64,000 nucleotides of DNA. It comes from Nitrososphaerota archaeon. GTDB taxonomy: Archaea > Thermoproteota > Nitrososphaeria > PSMU01. Below the pieces are notes generated by a model, which searched no databases, was not told the origin of the DNA, and saw nothing but the letters and a program-made list of their open reading frames with translations. Each line of letters opens with the position of its first letter. Positions within the stretch are counted from its first letter, which is position 1. The position numbers and the translations under genes were made by a program. The stretch covers positions 1 to 64,000 of the forward strand of contig PSMU01000003.1 in NCBI GenBank assembly GCA_040290255.1, given 5' to 3'. This document shows positions 1 through 9,727 of the stretch, one piece after another.

Positions 1-35
1 GCCGCCCTCAGGGCCACCACTCTGCCGACGCCCAT
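1..35 (-). CDS. 5' end of a probable peptide ABC permease (runs off window edge)
   Basis: ATG at 35 reads MGVGRVVALRA; TTAA box about 25 nt upstream; directly follows the peptide-binding protein gene. Product inferred from context only. Confidence 0.4.
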   Translation of the reverse strand, partial: MGVGRVVALRA

Positions 36-78
36 CGCCCAACGGGTAGCCGGCTACCTTAATGACCATTTTGCCCAC

Positions 79-97
79 AAAAGACTAAAAGAAAAAG
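79..97 (-). terminator. oligo-T terminator candidate
   Basis: T-rich tract (CTTTTCTTTTAGTCTTTT) on the minus strand immediately after the stop of 98..2953. Confidence 0.55.
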
Positions 98-2953
98 CTA
101 GGCTTGCGGTCTCCTTCTTACGAAGACGACGCCCAACGTCACCAGCTGTAGGATGATGACTACCACCACTATGGCGTAGAGGGTTGTCAATGAGGAGCTA
201 AGGCTATTGACGCTGTTGCCCACGCTATCGACCTTCCCGGAGATGGTCGTGCTGACCGTGTTAAGCGAGTTGCTAAGGGCCTGTATTGCCTGCCCTACGC
301 TGGCCACCGCCGAAGCCACGGCCCTCAGCCCTTCGGAGCTGGTGGCATTTATCGCGCTGACGGCATTTTGTAGCGCGCTGATCGCCTTTTCTAGGGAACC
401 CGTTATGGCGCTGGGGTCGAAGACGTTGATGAACTGCGTCGTGGCCGCCACAAAGGCGACGGCATCGCTGTAGGCTATGATCGTAAGCTCATAAGGATAG
501 GCCGAACCGAGCTGTGCAGTCAGAGATGACGGCAGCGTTATGACGAAGCGTGAGCCCGTGGCGAGCCTTCCAGTGCCGATAGTCAGGATGGTGCCCGTGA
601 CGGCATCCCTGAGGATGTACTTGACGAACAGCGGGGGCGGCCCAAGGAGGTCAACCAGGATGTTCCCGTCCTGTCCCCGTATCAGCTGGCCCACGCCCAC
701 GTTCTGGATCGCCACGCTCGGAGGTAGGCCGAAGACCCACTTGCCGGGGCTGAAGGGATACGTGGGATCCCTGAAGGCCTTGAGGGTGGCCGTATCGGCC
801 GGCGGGTTGAACGTATCTAGGTACGTGGGCCCATCGCTTATCCATGCATGGCCGTGCAGGTTAATCCAGCGGATGGAGGCCTGGTAGCGCGCCTTCGCAT
901 CATCCAGCGTGGCATAGGCCTTGCCTCCCACGGTGAAGATGTTCTGCGGGAAGTAGTTGGTGTTGAGGAAGGTCTGAAGCGCGGAACCCATGGACGCAGC
1001 GTGGCCGGAGAGCACCAGGTTCAGCTGAGGCTTATTGGCGGCCCTGGCGCCTGTAGTTGTGTACCTGTAAGCGTTCTGCTGGAACACCAAGTAGTCCTCG
1101 GCCAGGATGAGCTCATAGGGCAGGTACTTGTTAATCGCCGCGAAGGAAGCGATGAAGGCTGGATCGAAGTGCCAGTAGTTCAGGTACACCTCAAACTGCT
1201 TGGCGGTCTCGTTTATCCTGAAGCCGACGATCGTATCCAAGGTCGGCTTCAGCAGGCTGACGGCGGCCGCATCGTAGCTGGCCTTCGTGGAGTTATACAC
1301 GAGGTCAAAGGTCTGGGCCAGGGGCGCCAAGATATCCGCCCAGCTGATGGTGATGTTGTTGTGCCACCGGCTTCCCAGGAACAAGGATTCATCGAAGACC
1401 ACCTTGCTCGTCGCGTTGCGGCCAGGGCCCAGGAGCTTCCAGCTGGCCGTGGAGGCGTCCCATATAAAGGCATCTGGGGGCACGCTCAGCTTTCCTGATG
1501 GGCCGGCCGTTTGTACCGCAAAGCTCTCCCTGAAGGGTATGGGTTCACCGTTGAACGGATTGAACCAAACGGCCGGGTCCCACGTTGCGTACATTATGTC
1601 TACGCTATAAACATCCTGAAAGCCGCCTATCTGGTTCCAAACCGTGCGGGCAGTATAGACGTGCAGGTGCCCTATGTTGAGCGTCTTTTTGCCCGGCACG
1701 TACATCTCTCGGAGGTTCCAAAGCGCCCTGAGCCCGGCACCTATATCGTTGGTGAAGCCCTTCATCGTGGCCACCATCGCGTAGGACGAGAGCGACGTGG
1801 CTACCCAGGCCCTGACGCCCTCCTGAATGCCCATTTCGGTGGCCCGCCTATAGAGCTCATCCCTCTCGGCCTTGCTGGTGTAGTTGCCCATGTAAATCCT
1901 TTGGGTTATGTCGTCCAGCGTCGTATTTCTGTAGTTCCAGAAGGCGGGCTCCGCCCAGCCGGGCATGAACCCGAACCAGGGTGCGGTAAACTGCGCCACG
2001 CTCCCTGAATCGAACTTGGTGATGCCCGTCTTACCCCAGCCCTCCGTGTAGATGTTCCACTTGAACTCCGCGGGGTCCGTGCCGTAGACGGTGTCTATGG
2101 CGGGGCCAAAGGTCATGTACTGCCTATTCACGGTGAAGCCTAGGTTCTCAAGCTGCGTCGCGAACTGGTCCCCGATGTCCCTCCTTTCATCCTCCACTCT
2201 TATTATGAAGTTGAGCGTGACGGGCTTGCCCTGATAGCTCCACTTGCCTGCCACCTGCTGCGCCCCGGCCGAGGTAAGGGCGCTGGCGACTATTTGCTGC
2301 GCCTGCTGCGGATTGAAGGCAAACTTGTACTTTAACACGATGTCGGCGACCAGGGGGAAGTCGGGGTCATAGGATGATAGGAAGGTGTACATGGCCGATG
2401 CCGCTCCTCCATAGATGGTGTTCACGACCGAATCCCTGTCCACTAAATAGTTCATGGCCAGCCTCACAGCCTTGAAGGCGAAGGGATTGAGCCCCGCGCC
2501 AGGGAAGGCGCCGAACTCAACGACCGTCGTGCGCGTGCTGTTGTCAAAGTAAACGTTGGTTATGGCCGCGGCCGGAACCCCAAACTGTGAGGCTATATCG
2601 GCCAAGGCCCTTGCCGTTTGGTTCCCGGGCAGCCTCTCTATATGGACCGGAGCGGGGTTGAAGATCAGGTCGACGAGAGCCGAGGGCGCCCTAACAATGG
2701 TGATGCCAGGCACACCGGCCAGCGCCCTTGCCGCGGCGGGCCTCAGCCCGAAAATGTAGGCATCGATCGTGCCCGCCTGAAGGGCCGGCACGGCCTGATC
2801 TAGCGGGATGCCTCGAATGGTTATGGTATCGGAGGCCGAGCCCTTAATGGCCTGGGCGGAAGCCGGTGACACCGGCCATCTCGCCGCCGGAACCAGCAGC
2901 GCGAGGAGGAAGATGACGAGAGCTGCACGCTTTATGCTTGTTTTCCTCAGCAT
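98..2953 (-). CDS. peptide ABC transporter substrate-binding protein (family 5), C-terminally membrane anchored
   Basis: Signal peptide, NPF..VRLAMNYLVDR SBP5 motif, S/T/N-rich stalk, C-terminal TM followed by RRR; TATA near 2979-2987. Confidence 0.92.
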   Translation of the reverse strand: MLRKTSIKRAALVIFLLALLVPAARWPVSPASAQAIKGSASDTITIRGIPLDQAVPALQAGTIDAYIFGLRPAAARALAGVPGITIVRAPSALVDLIFNPAPVHIERLPGNQTARALADIASQFGVPAAAITNVYFDNSTRTTVVEFGAFPGAGLNPFAFKAVRLAMNYLVDRDSVVNTIYGGAASAMYTFLSSYDPDFPLVADIVLKYKFAFNPQQAQQIVASALTSAGAQQVAGKWSYQGKPVTLNFIIRVEDERRDIGDQFATQLENLGFTVNRQYMTFGPAIDTVYGTDPAEFKWNIYTEGWGKTGITKFDSGSVAQFTAPWFGFMPGWAEPAFWNYRNTTLDDITQRIYMGNYTSKAERDELYRRATEMGIQEGVRAWVATSLSSYAMVATMKGFTNDIGAGLRALWNLREMYVPGKKTLNIGHLHVYTARTVWNQIGGFQDVYSVDIMYATWDPAVWFNPFNGEPIPFRESFAVQTAGPSGKLSVPPDAFIWDASTASWKLLGPGRNATSKVVFDESLFLGSRWHNNITISWADILAPLAQTFDLVYNSTKASYDAAAVSLLKPTLDTIVGFRINETAKQFEVYLNYWHFDPAFIASFAAINKYLPYELILAEDYLVFQQNAYRYTTTGARAANKPQLNLVLSGHAASMGSALQTFLNTNYFPQNIFTVGGKAYATLDDAKARYQASIRWINLHGHAWISDGPTYLDTFNPPADTATLKAFRDPTYPFSPGKWVFGLPPSVAIQNVGVGQLIRGQDGNILVDLLGPPPLFVKYILRDAVTGTILTIGTGRLATGSRFVITLPSSLTAQLGSAYPYELTIIAYSDAVAFVAATTQFINVFDPSAITGSLEKAISALQNAVSAINATSSEGLRAVASAVASVGQAIQALSNSLNTVSTTISGKVDSVGNSVNSLSSSLTTLYAIVVVVIILQLVTLGVVFVRRRPQA

Positions 2954-3069
2954 AGTCGCGTAACGGACGGCAACTTCATTATATAAGGTTTACGCAGGGC
3001 TATTATGGGAATCATTATCGAAGGCCCTAAGGGCTAAGCCTTAAACGGTAGGCCTATTGTGCTCTTCCG

Positions 3070-3387
3070 TTGATACGCATGGTTGGGGCCGCGGCGAAGG
3101 CGGCCGTAGCGATCAGCGCCGTCAACCTCATCATCTCCCTGATCCCTTACGCGGCCTGGGGGCTCTCCTATTTGGGAGGCCTGCAGCTCCTGCTGGTGAT
3201 AGAAGGGGCGCTGCTCTTTATAGTGGGCGGGGTCGAGGGCAGCCTGATGCCATACCGGGGCGAGGAGCCGCCCTTAGAGCGCTCACGGAGGGCGCAGAGG
3301 GAGAGAAGGGCAATACAGCTGCTCATCATCGGAGCGCTGCTACTTCTGGAGGGGTTTCTCCTAAGCCTTCTACCAGCCCACGTTTGA
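3070..3387 (+). CDS. small hypothetical membrane protein (3 TM)
   Basis: Hydrophobic 105-aa ORF with TTG start, CTTAAA box about 25 nt upstream, fills the gap. Confidence 0.7.
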   Translation: MIRMVGAAAKAAVAISAVNLIISLIPYAAWGLSYLGGLQLLLVIEGALLFIVGGVEGSLMPYRGEEPPLERSRRAQRERRAIQLLIIGALLLLEGFLLSLLPAHV

Positions 3388-3424
3388 AGAAGGGGAGTAC
3401 TCCTTACTCGCCTGCTGCCCGCTT

Positions 3425-4717
3425 TTATATCCTTAACAGCGCCCTGATCCAGGCCGGCAAAAAGGCCTTGTAGGGATAAAAGGCGAAGAACCAGAAGGCC
3501 AGGATCAGGATATATGTGTACCTCGCCCACCTCGGAAAGGGCAACTCTATGACCAGGTAAGATGTGCCAAGGCACAGCGCCGGCAGGGCCTGCAGGAGAT
3601 AAAACGGATAGGTAACCCGGCCCGCGAGGAAGAGCGCGATATAGGGCAGGTAGCCCCAGAGGAACCAGCAGAGCGCCAGCCAAGGAAGCCTAGCCGCTTG
3701 CGTGGCCATAGGCTGTGCCGCGCTCGCCCTTGTACGTAAGAGCCCCCATGCCACGAACGGCACCCATGCATAGAGCCCCCAGATGAGCGGCATGTTGTAG
3801 ATGCCATAGTAGCCTACGTCGACCACGCTTAGCTGCCTGCCGCCCAGCGTTAGTGTGGTGCGAGAGATATAGTAGGCGATGGGAGAATAGAACGCCACCC
3901 AGTCCAGCGGCGTTATATCCCTCTTCAAGAAGGGGTCATACCAGCTGGGGGCCTTTAAGGAGAGCCCATACTTCAGCATGTAGGCCAGGTGATCTATAAA
4001 GGACCCGAAGACGAACCTGGCGTATAGCATGTCGTAGAACTGCAGGCCCATGAAAAAGGTGGCCAGGGCAGGTAAGGCCACCTTCGAGATCGTGAACAGC
4101 TTCGCGCGCAAGGGGCCGTCATCCGAGAGGAACACGTAGCTGGCCAGGGCGCCCGCGCCAAAGAGCGCGCTCTCCTTGGAGAGGCCCGCGAGCCCCAGGC
4201 TTAAGCCCGCTAGGAAGGGCCTTCCGCGAAGGAGAAGCAGCAGGGAGAGCGTTAGGAAGAAGGTGGGCTGCACGTCTATGAGGGCCGCCGATGAGTGTAC
4301 GAAATAGAGGGTGTCCGTCGAAAGAAAGAGGGCTGAGAGGAGCGAGAGCCTGCGGTCCCCGCTCGCCTTTAAGGATAACAGGTAAAGGAGAGGCACGCCC
4401 GCCGTTCCGAGCAACATGCTGGTGAACCGCCAACCCAGTGCGTCATCGCCGAAGGCCCAAATGCCCAAGGCGATAAGGGCCACGCCCAAGGGAGGGTGCT
4501 CCAAATGGCAGGGGCCCAGGCCCAAGTAGCACTGCTGGCCCCTCAGCATGGAATTCGCCCAGGGGATATAGTAATACTCATCCATGATGCAGTGATAGGC
4601 CTGGTCGTGCTGCGAGTAGCAGGCGGCCTTATCGGGCAGGCCTATGGTGTATAGATGGGCCGCCAGCAGCGTAAGGGTCAGGGCCAAGAGCGCTAGGCTG
4701 TATCTGTCGACCTTCAC
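3425..4717 (-). CDS. GT39/PMT-family polyprenyl-phosphate-mannose:protein mannosyltransferase-like protein
   Basis: DEYYY, EHPPLG, GWRF, SKES motifs; C-terminal YLPY..R.TYPFY; multiple TM segments. Confidence 0.85.
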   Translation of the reverse strand: MKVDRYSLALLALTLTLLAAHLYTIGLPDKAACYSQHDQAYHCIMDEYYYIPWANSMLRGQQCYLGLGPCHLEHPPLGVALIALGIWAFGDDALGWRFTSMLLGTAGVPLLYLLSLKASGDRRLSLLSALFLSTDTLYFVHSSAALIDVQPTFFLTLSLLLLLRGRPFLAGLSLGLAGLSKESALFGAGALASYVFLSDDGPLRAKLFTISKVALPALATFFMGLQFYDMLYARFVFGSFIDHLAYMLKYGLSLKAPSWYDPFLKRDITPLDWVAFYSPIAYYISRTTLTLGGRQLSVVDVGYYGIYNMPLIWGLYAWVPFVAWGLLRTRASAAQPMATQAARLPWLALCWFLWGYLPYIALFLAGRVTYPFYLLQALPALCLGTSYLVIELPFPRWARYTYILILAFWFFAFYPYKAFLPAWIRALLRI

Positions 4718-4785
4718 GAGCCCTCCCTTTCCCTTCGCATGAACCAGCCAGGCCTAAAAACCTGCCTTAACGTTGCTGGGAGAGG

Positions 4786-5493
4786 GTGAAGGTGGCCATC
4801 GTCATACCGACGTACAACGAGGCCGAGAACATAGCCCCCCTGCTCGAGGAGCTCAGAAAGGCGACCGAGGAGCTCGAAGGCCTTGGCATGGAAATCGGCC
4901 TGTTCTTTGTCGATGATAACAGCCCGGACCTCACGTACATGAGGATCGAAGAGGCCGCGCGAGGCTGGCCGGCCATCAGGCTCCTGCGCAGAAATGGTAG
5001 GCTAGGGCTGGGCTCCGCATACCTAGAGGGGTTTAAGCAGGCCCTAGCTTGGGGCGCCGAAGCCGTCGTGCAGATGGATGCGGACCTTCAGCATCCTCCT
5101 CAGCTCGTGCCCTCCCTTTTACGGACCCTACTGGGCGGCTTTGATGTAGTCGTGGCATCTCGCTACGTTGAGGGGGGCCGCTGGGCCTCTGGAGGCCCTA
5201 GGGAGCTCCTGAGCAGGGCGGGCAACCTGCTGCTCTCCTATCGCTTCAGGCTGGGGATTAGGGATGTGACCAGCGGCTATAGGGCGCTCCGCAGGGAGGC
5301 CGTAGCAAGCCTGCTGAGCGCTGGCGGCCTCTCCAGGGGCTTCAGGTTTCAACTCGACCAGACCAAGCTGCTAAAGCGCCTTGGCTTCAGGATCGTAGAG
5401 CTGTCCTACACGATGGGGATGAGGGCAAAGGGCAGCTCTAAGTTCTCGCCCAGGGAGCTAATGCCTTATCTCTGGTCGCTCCTAAGGCCATGA
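4786..5493 (+). CDS. polyprenol/dolichol monophosphomannose synthase (GT2, DPM1-like)
   Basis: IPTYNE, VDDNSPD, GLGSAY, QMDADLQHPP, SRYV.GG, DVTSGYR, GSSK motifs. Confidence 0.9.
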   Translation: MKVAIVIPTYNEAENIAPLLEELRKATEELEGLGMEIGLFFVDDNSPDLTYMRIEEAARGWPAIRLLRRNGRLGLGSAYLEGFKQALAWGAEAVVQMDADLQHPPQLVPSLLRTLLGGFDVVVASRYVEGGRWASGGPRELLSRAGNLLLSYRFRLGIRDVTSGYRALRREAVASLLSAGGLSRGFRFQLDQTKLLKRLGFRIVELSYTMGMRAKGSSKFSPRELMPYLWSLLRP

Positions 5494-5501
5494 CCACCTG
5501 C

Positions 5502-5639
5502 TCACCTCAGCAGGAGCAGTAGGGCTAGAAGGACGAGGATGAGCACCACTAGCGGCAGCAGGACCGTCTGCAGCAGCGCGATGACCATGGCCAGATAGTC
5601 CTTCCATGTAAGCTTCCGGCGCCGCTCCTCCTCGGGCAA
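5502..5639 (-). CDS. 45-aa single-TM small protein (absent from ORF track)
   Basis: TTG..TGA reads MPEEERRRKLTWKDYLAMVIALLQTVLLPLVVLILVLLALLLLLR; CTTAAA box about 25 nt upstream. Confidence 0.7.
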   Translation of the reverse strand: MPEEERRRKLTWKDYLAMVIALLQTVLLPLVVLILVLLALLLLLR

Positions 5640-5687
5640 CCATGCTGGGGCCCAGGGCCGGGCTTTAAGCCTTGCTCGCCCTTCGCA

Positions 5688-6656
5688 TCATGCGTAGTGG
5701 CAGGCGGCGTATTGGCGCTCTCCCACCCTTCTGAGCTCGGGCTCCTTGTCCCTGCAGAGCGCCGTCGCATAGGGGCAGCGAGGATGAAAGACGCAGCCCT
5801 TAGGGGGGTCGATGGGGCTCGGTATCTCGCCTCCCAGCACCAACCTGTTCCTCTTGACCTGGGGCTCGGGCAGCGGTATGGCCTCCATGAGCGCGCGCGT
5901 GTATGGATGCTTCGGCGAAGAGTACAGCGCCCTCCGCTCTCCTAGCTCCATGAGCTTGCCCAGGTACATCACGCCCACCCGGTCGCACATGTAGGAGATG
6001 ACGTTGAGGTTATGCGAGATGAAGAGGTAGGTGAGCCCCAGCTTGGCCTGCAGCTCCTTCAGCAGGTTCAGGATCTGCGCCTGCACGGAAACGTCTAGGA
6101 ACGAGGTGGGCTCGTCCAGGATAAGCATCTCGGGATCCGTGGCCAGGGCCCTGGCTATCGCGATCCTCTGGCGCTGGCCTCCCGAGAATTCATGGGGGAA
6201 GCGATAAAGATGGTCCTCGTTCAGGCCCATGAGCGAGATAAGCTCCAGCGCCCTATCGCCGGCCTCACGGGGCGTGATTGCGGGGTGGGCCGTCTTGAGG
6301 GCCTCCACGAGGGCGCCCTTGACCGTCTGCCTTGGGTCCAGGGAGGCGTAGGGGTCTTGGAAGATCATCTGCACCTTCCTGCGGAAGGGCCTGAGCTCGC
6401 TCTCCTTTAGCGTGGTTATCTCCCTGCCGTCAAAGAGGATCTGGCCCGAAGTAGGCTCCAGGAGCCGAAGCACGCACTTGGCCACCGTCGTCTTGCCCGA
6501 GCCGCTCTCGCCCACGAGCCCAAAGGTCTCGCCTCGCCGAACTTCGAAGCTGATCCCGTCCACCGCCTTCACGTAGGCCCTGATGCGGCCCAGCAGGCCC
6601 CCTCGAATGGGGAACCATTTTCTCAGCGCCTCGACCTTTAGCAGCGCGCTAGCCAT
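5688..6656 (-). CDS. oppF: oligo/dipeptide ABC ATPase OppF/DppF
   Basis: GESGSGKT, FSGGQRQR, LDEPT, HPYT, GCVFHPRCP. Confidence 0.95.
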   Translation of the reverse strand: MASALLKVEALRKWFPIRGGLLGRIRAYVKAVDGISFEVRRGETFGLVGESGSGKTTVAKCVLRLLEPTSGQILFDGREITTLKESELRPFRRKVQMIFQDPYASLDPRQTVKGALVEALKTAHPAITPREAGDRALELISLMGLNEDHLYRFPHEFSGGQRQRIAIARALATDPEMLILDEPTSFLDVSVQAQILNLLKELQAKLGLTYLFISHNLNVISYMCDRVGVMYLGKLMELGERRALYSSPKHPYTRALMEAIPLPEPQVKRNRLVLGGEIPSPIDPPKGCVFHPRCPYATALCRDKEPELRRVGERQYAACHYA

Positions 6657-7689
6657 GCGCATCGCCCCCATACAGGTGGCAAGCAACGCGATGACCCTTC
6701 TCTACCTCAGCGTAAGCGGGCCTCCTCTCGGCGCATGCCTTCCAGGCGTATGGGCAGCGAGGGTGGAACATGCAGCCCGTGGGGGGAAAGAGCAGGTCGG
6801 GCACCGTGCCGGCTATCGAGCTCAGGGTCGTGGCCTCCCTGTCCGCCCTGGGAATAGCCCTGAGCAGGGCCTGCGTGTAGGGGTGGCGGGGCCTAGAAAA
6901 GATCTCGGCCACCGGGGCGGACTCGACCACCCTGCCCCCATACATCACGCAGACCGTATCGCATATCTCCGCCACCACGCCCAGGTCATGGGTTATCATC
7001 AGCACCGAGGAGGCCAGCTCCCTCCTCAACGCCTTAAGCAGCTCCAAGATCTGGGCCTGTATGGTGACGTCCAAGGCCGTCGTTATCTCATCCGCGATCA
7101 GGAGGTCGGGGTTTCTTGCCACGGCCATCGCTATCATGGCCCTCTGCCTCATGCCGCCCGATAGTTCGTGGGGGTAGCGCTTCATGATCTCCTCGGGGGC
7201 CGGCATCCTGACCATCCTTAGCGCGCTTATCGCCATCTCCTTCGCGAGGGCCGCGCGGCCCCTTCTGCGGCCAGCACCTAACGCGCTTCCATCCCCCTTA
7301 AGCCTCCAGCGGGATGAATGGCGCGCCTCAAAGACCTCCTTTAGCTGCTCGCCCACAGTGAGCACGGGGTTCAAAAAGGTCATCGGGTCCTGAAAGACCA
7401 TCGCTATCTTCGTGGCCCTGAGCTGCCGCAGCGCCTCCTTGTCCTCCTTGAGCAGGTCCCTCCCCCTGAAGAGGATGCTGCCCCTGATCACCTCCGCGTT
7501 CTCGGGCAGGAGGCCCACGATGGAGAGCGCCGTGACGGACTTGCCCGAGCCCGTTTCGCCCACGAGCCCCACCACTTCGCCCTCATGCACGGTAAGCTCC
7601 ACGCCGTTCAGGGCCTTCACGTCCCCCCTGTAGGTATGAAAGACGACATGGAGATCCTTGACCTCCAGCAGCACGGCGCCCGGGGCCAT
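6649..7689 (-). CDS. oppD: oligo/dipeptide ABC ATPase OppD/DppD
   Basis: GETGSGKS, LSGGMRQR, TTALDVTIQAQ, GCMFHPRCP. Confidence 0.95.
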   Translation of the reverse strand: MAPGAVLLEVKDLHVVFHTYRGDVKALNGVELTVHEGEVVGLVGETGSGKSVTALSIVGLLPENAEVIRGSILFRGRDLLKEDKEALRQLRATKIAMVFQDPMTFLNPVLTVGEQLKEVFEARHSSRWRLKGDGSALGAGRRRGRAALAKEMAISALRMVRMPAPEEIMKRYPHELSGGMRQRAMIAMAVARNPDLLIADEITTALDVTIQAQILELLKALRRELASSVLMITHDLGVVAEICDTVCVMYGGRVVESAPVAEIFSRPRHPYTQALLRAIPRADREATTLSSIAGTVPDLLFPPTGCMFHPRCPYAWKACAERRPAYAEVEKGHRVACHLYGGDAHG

Positions 7690-7691
7690 GC

Positions 7692-8624
7692 CTATCTCCT
7701 GAGCCTAGGGTCGAGCACGTCCCTTAATCCATCGCCCACAAGGTTAAACCCCAGCGAGATGAGCAGTATGGTCAGGCCCGGGAAGACGATGAGCCATGGC
7801 GCCGTGAAGATCTTATTGATGCCCTCGGCCGCTAGGTTGCCCAGCTCGGGCAAGGCCGGGCTGGGCGAGAAGCCCAGGAACATCAGCGCCGAAAAGGTAA
7901 GTATGACGCCCCCTATATCGAGCGTCGCCTGCACCAAGATGGGATAGATGGCGTTGGGGATGATGTGCCTGAGGAGAAGCCTGAGCCTCCCTATGCCCAG
8001 GGCCCTCAGCGCTTCAACGTAGGTCTTGGATTTCTCGGTGAGCACCTGGCCCCTGATCAGCCGCACATAGGGCGGCCACCAGACCAGAAGCACGGCCAGC
8101 TCCAGGCTCTCTATCGTCCTTCCGAGAAGGACCGCGAAGACCAGGGCTAAGATGAGGCCAGGGAAGGCGAAGAAGATGTCCGTGACCCTGAGCAGAAGCT
8201 CATCTATCGCCCCTCCCGCATAAGCCGCGAAGGCCCCCAGCAGGACGCCCACGACGGTGGCCACGGCCACTATCGTCGCGGCGACCTTTAAGTCCAGGGG
8301 TATGGCCAAGATGATCATGGCCAAGAGGTCTCGCCCGTAGCTATCCGTGCCCAAGGGCGGGCTAAAGCCCTGCGGACAAGAGGGGTGCTGTGTGCCCCAG
8401 TCAAGGTAGGGGTTGGACCAGCAGAATGCCCTTGCGTAGTCGAACTCATACGCCGTGCCCGGGTCCACCAACACATTTGCCAAGCCTGCCAAGATGACGA
8501 AGAAGGCGACGAGCACGAGCCCCGCTGTCACGAGCTTGTTCCGCAGCAGCAGCCGAACGCTATATTTGAGTTCCTCCACGTAGGCGGCCCTTTCGCCCTT
8601 CCTGCTGCCCCTGGACTGCGCCAT
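7692..8624 (-). CDS. oppC: oligo/dipeptide ABC permease OppC/DppC
   Basis: LGTD..GRD, EAA loop (YVEALRALG), GDGLRDVLDPR. Confidence 0.95.
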   Translation of the reverse strand: MAQSRGSRKGERAAYVEELKYSVRLLLRNKLVTAGLVLVAFFVILAGLANVLVDPGTAYEFDYARAFCWSNPYLDWGTQHPSCPQGFSPPLGTDSYGRDLLAMIILAIPLDLKVAATIVAVATVVGVLLGAFAAYAGGAIDELLLRVTDIFFAFPGLILALVFAVLLGRTIESLELAVLLVWWPPYVRLIRGQVLTEKSKTYVEALRALGIGRLRLLLRHIIPNAIYPILVQATLDIGGVILTFSALMFLGFSPSPALPELGNLAAEGINKIFTAPWLIVFPGLTILLISLGFNLVGDGLRDVLDPRLRR

Positions 8625-8634
8625 GCTGCCACCC

Positions 8635-9675
8635 CTAATACTTAATCCTGGGGTCCACAAGGGCATAGAGCACGTCTACGATGAGGTTGGCCGTCACCAC
8701 GATCACGGCGAAGACGAGCGTATAGAGCATTATGAAGTTGCTGTCCCCCTGCAGCACGGCCAGCAGCGATGACCACCCCACGCCGGGCCACTCGAAGATG
8801 TACTCCGTTATAACGGCGCCGCCCAGCAGGCCAGCGAAGAGCAGCCCGGCTACCGTCAGCGCGGGTATGAGGGCATTCCTGAGCGCATGTCTGTAGATGA
8901 CGATCCTTTCCCTCAATCCCTTAGATCTTGCCAGCACGATATAATCCTGCCTTAGGACCTCCAGCATGCTGGCCCTGACGAGCCTGGTCAGGTATCCCAG
9001 GCTGATAAAGCTGAGCGTGAAGGAAGGCAGGAGCGCGTGAAGGAACGCGTCCCAGGCGTAAGCTAGGTTGCCCGCCAGCAGGCCGTCGAGGATGGGCATG
9101 CCCGTGATGCGGGGCACCGCGCCCTCTAGGCCCTCGCTGAGGGCACCCCTATGGGGCAGGTATGGCAGCCCAAGGCTGTAAAAGTAATAGAAGAAGGCGA
9201 GCTGTAGGAGAAAGCCAAACCAGTAGACCGGCGTGGAGATGCCCACGAGGGCCACAAGCCGTGAAAGATGATCGGGCATCCGATTGTTCCTGACGGCGGA
9301 GATGATGCCCAGCGGCAGGCCGAGCGCAAGGGTGAAGAGTACCGCCAGCACCGCCAGCTCGACCGTATAAGGAAACCTAGATGCAAAGACGTCGTATGCG
9401 GGGAGGCCATTGGCCCAGAAGCCCGTATAGCCCCAGTCGCCCCTTAGTATATCCCTGAGCCAGTAAAAGTATTGCACGTAAAGCGGCTGGTCAAAGCCGT
9501 GGTCCCTGATTATGCGCTCGATCTGTTGGGCCGTCATCTTGGGCGTAATGTAGGGGGTCCAGGGCGCGATCGCCTGCGGGAAGCCCCTGGAGAGGTAAAA
9601 GGTGATGATGCTGACGCCCGCTAGCACGAAGAGCATCAGGATGAGGCGCCTTATGACGTATTCATACAGCCTCAT
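8635..9675 (-). CDS. oppB: oligo/dipeptide ABC permease OppB/DppB
   Basis: QPLYVQY, DYIVLARSKGL, HALRNA, DVLYALVDPRI. Confidence 0.95.
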   Translation of the reverse strand: MRLYEYVIRRLILMLFVLAGVSIITFYLSRGFPQAIAPWTPYITPKMTAQQIERIIRDHGFDQPLYVQYFYWLRDILRGDWGYTGFWANGLPAYDVFASRFPYTVELAVLAVLFTLALGLPLGIISAVRNNRMPDHLSRLVALVGISTPVYWFGFLLQLAFFYYFYSLGLPYLPHRGALSEGLEGAVPRITGMPILDGLLAGNLAYAWDAFLHALLPSFTLSFISLGYLTRLVRASMLEVLRQDYIVLARSKGLRERIVIYRHALRNALIPALTVAGLLFAGLLGGAVITEYIFEWPGVGWSSLLAVLQGDSNFIMLYTLVFAVIVVTANLIVDVLYALVDPRIKY

Positions 9676-9727
9676 GGACCCCTAACCTGGGCGGCAGGAG
9701 CGCCCGCCAAGCTTTAAAAATATCGGC

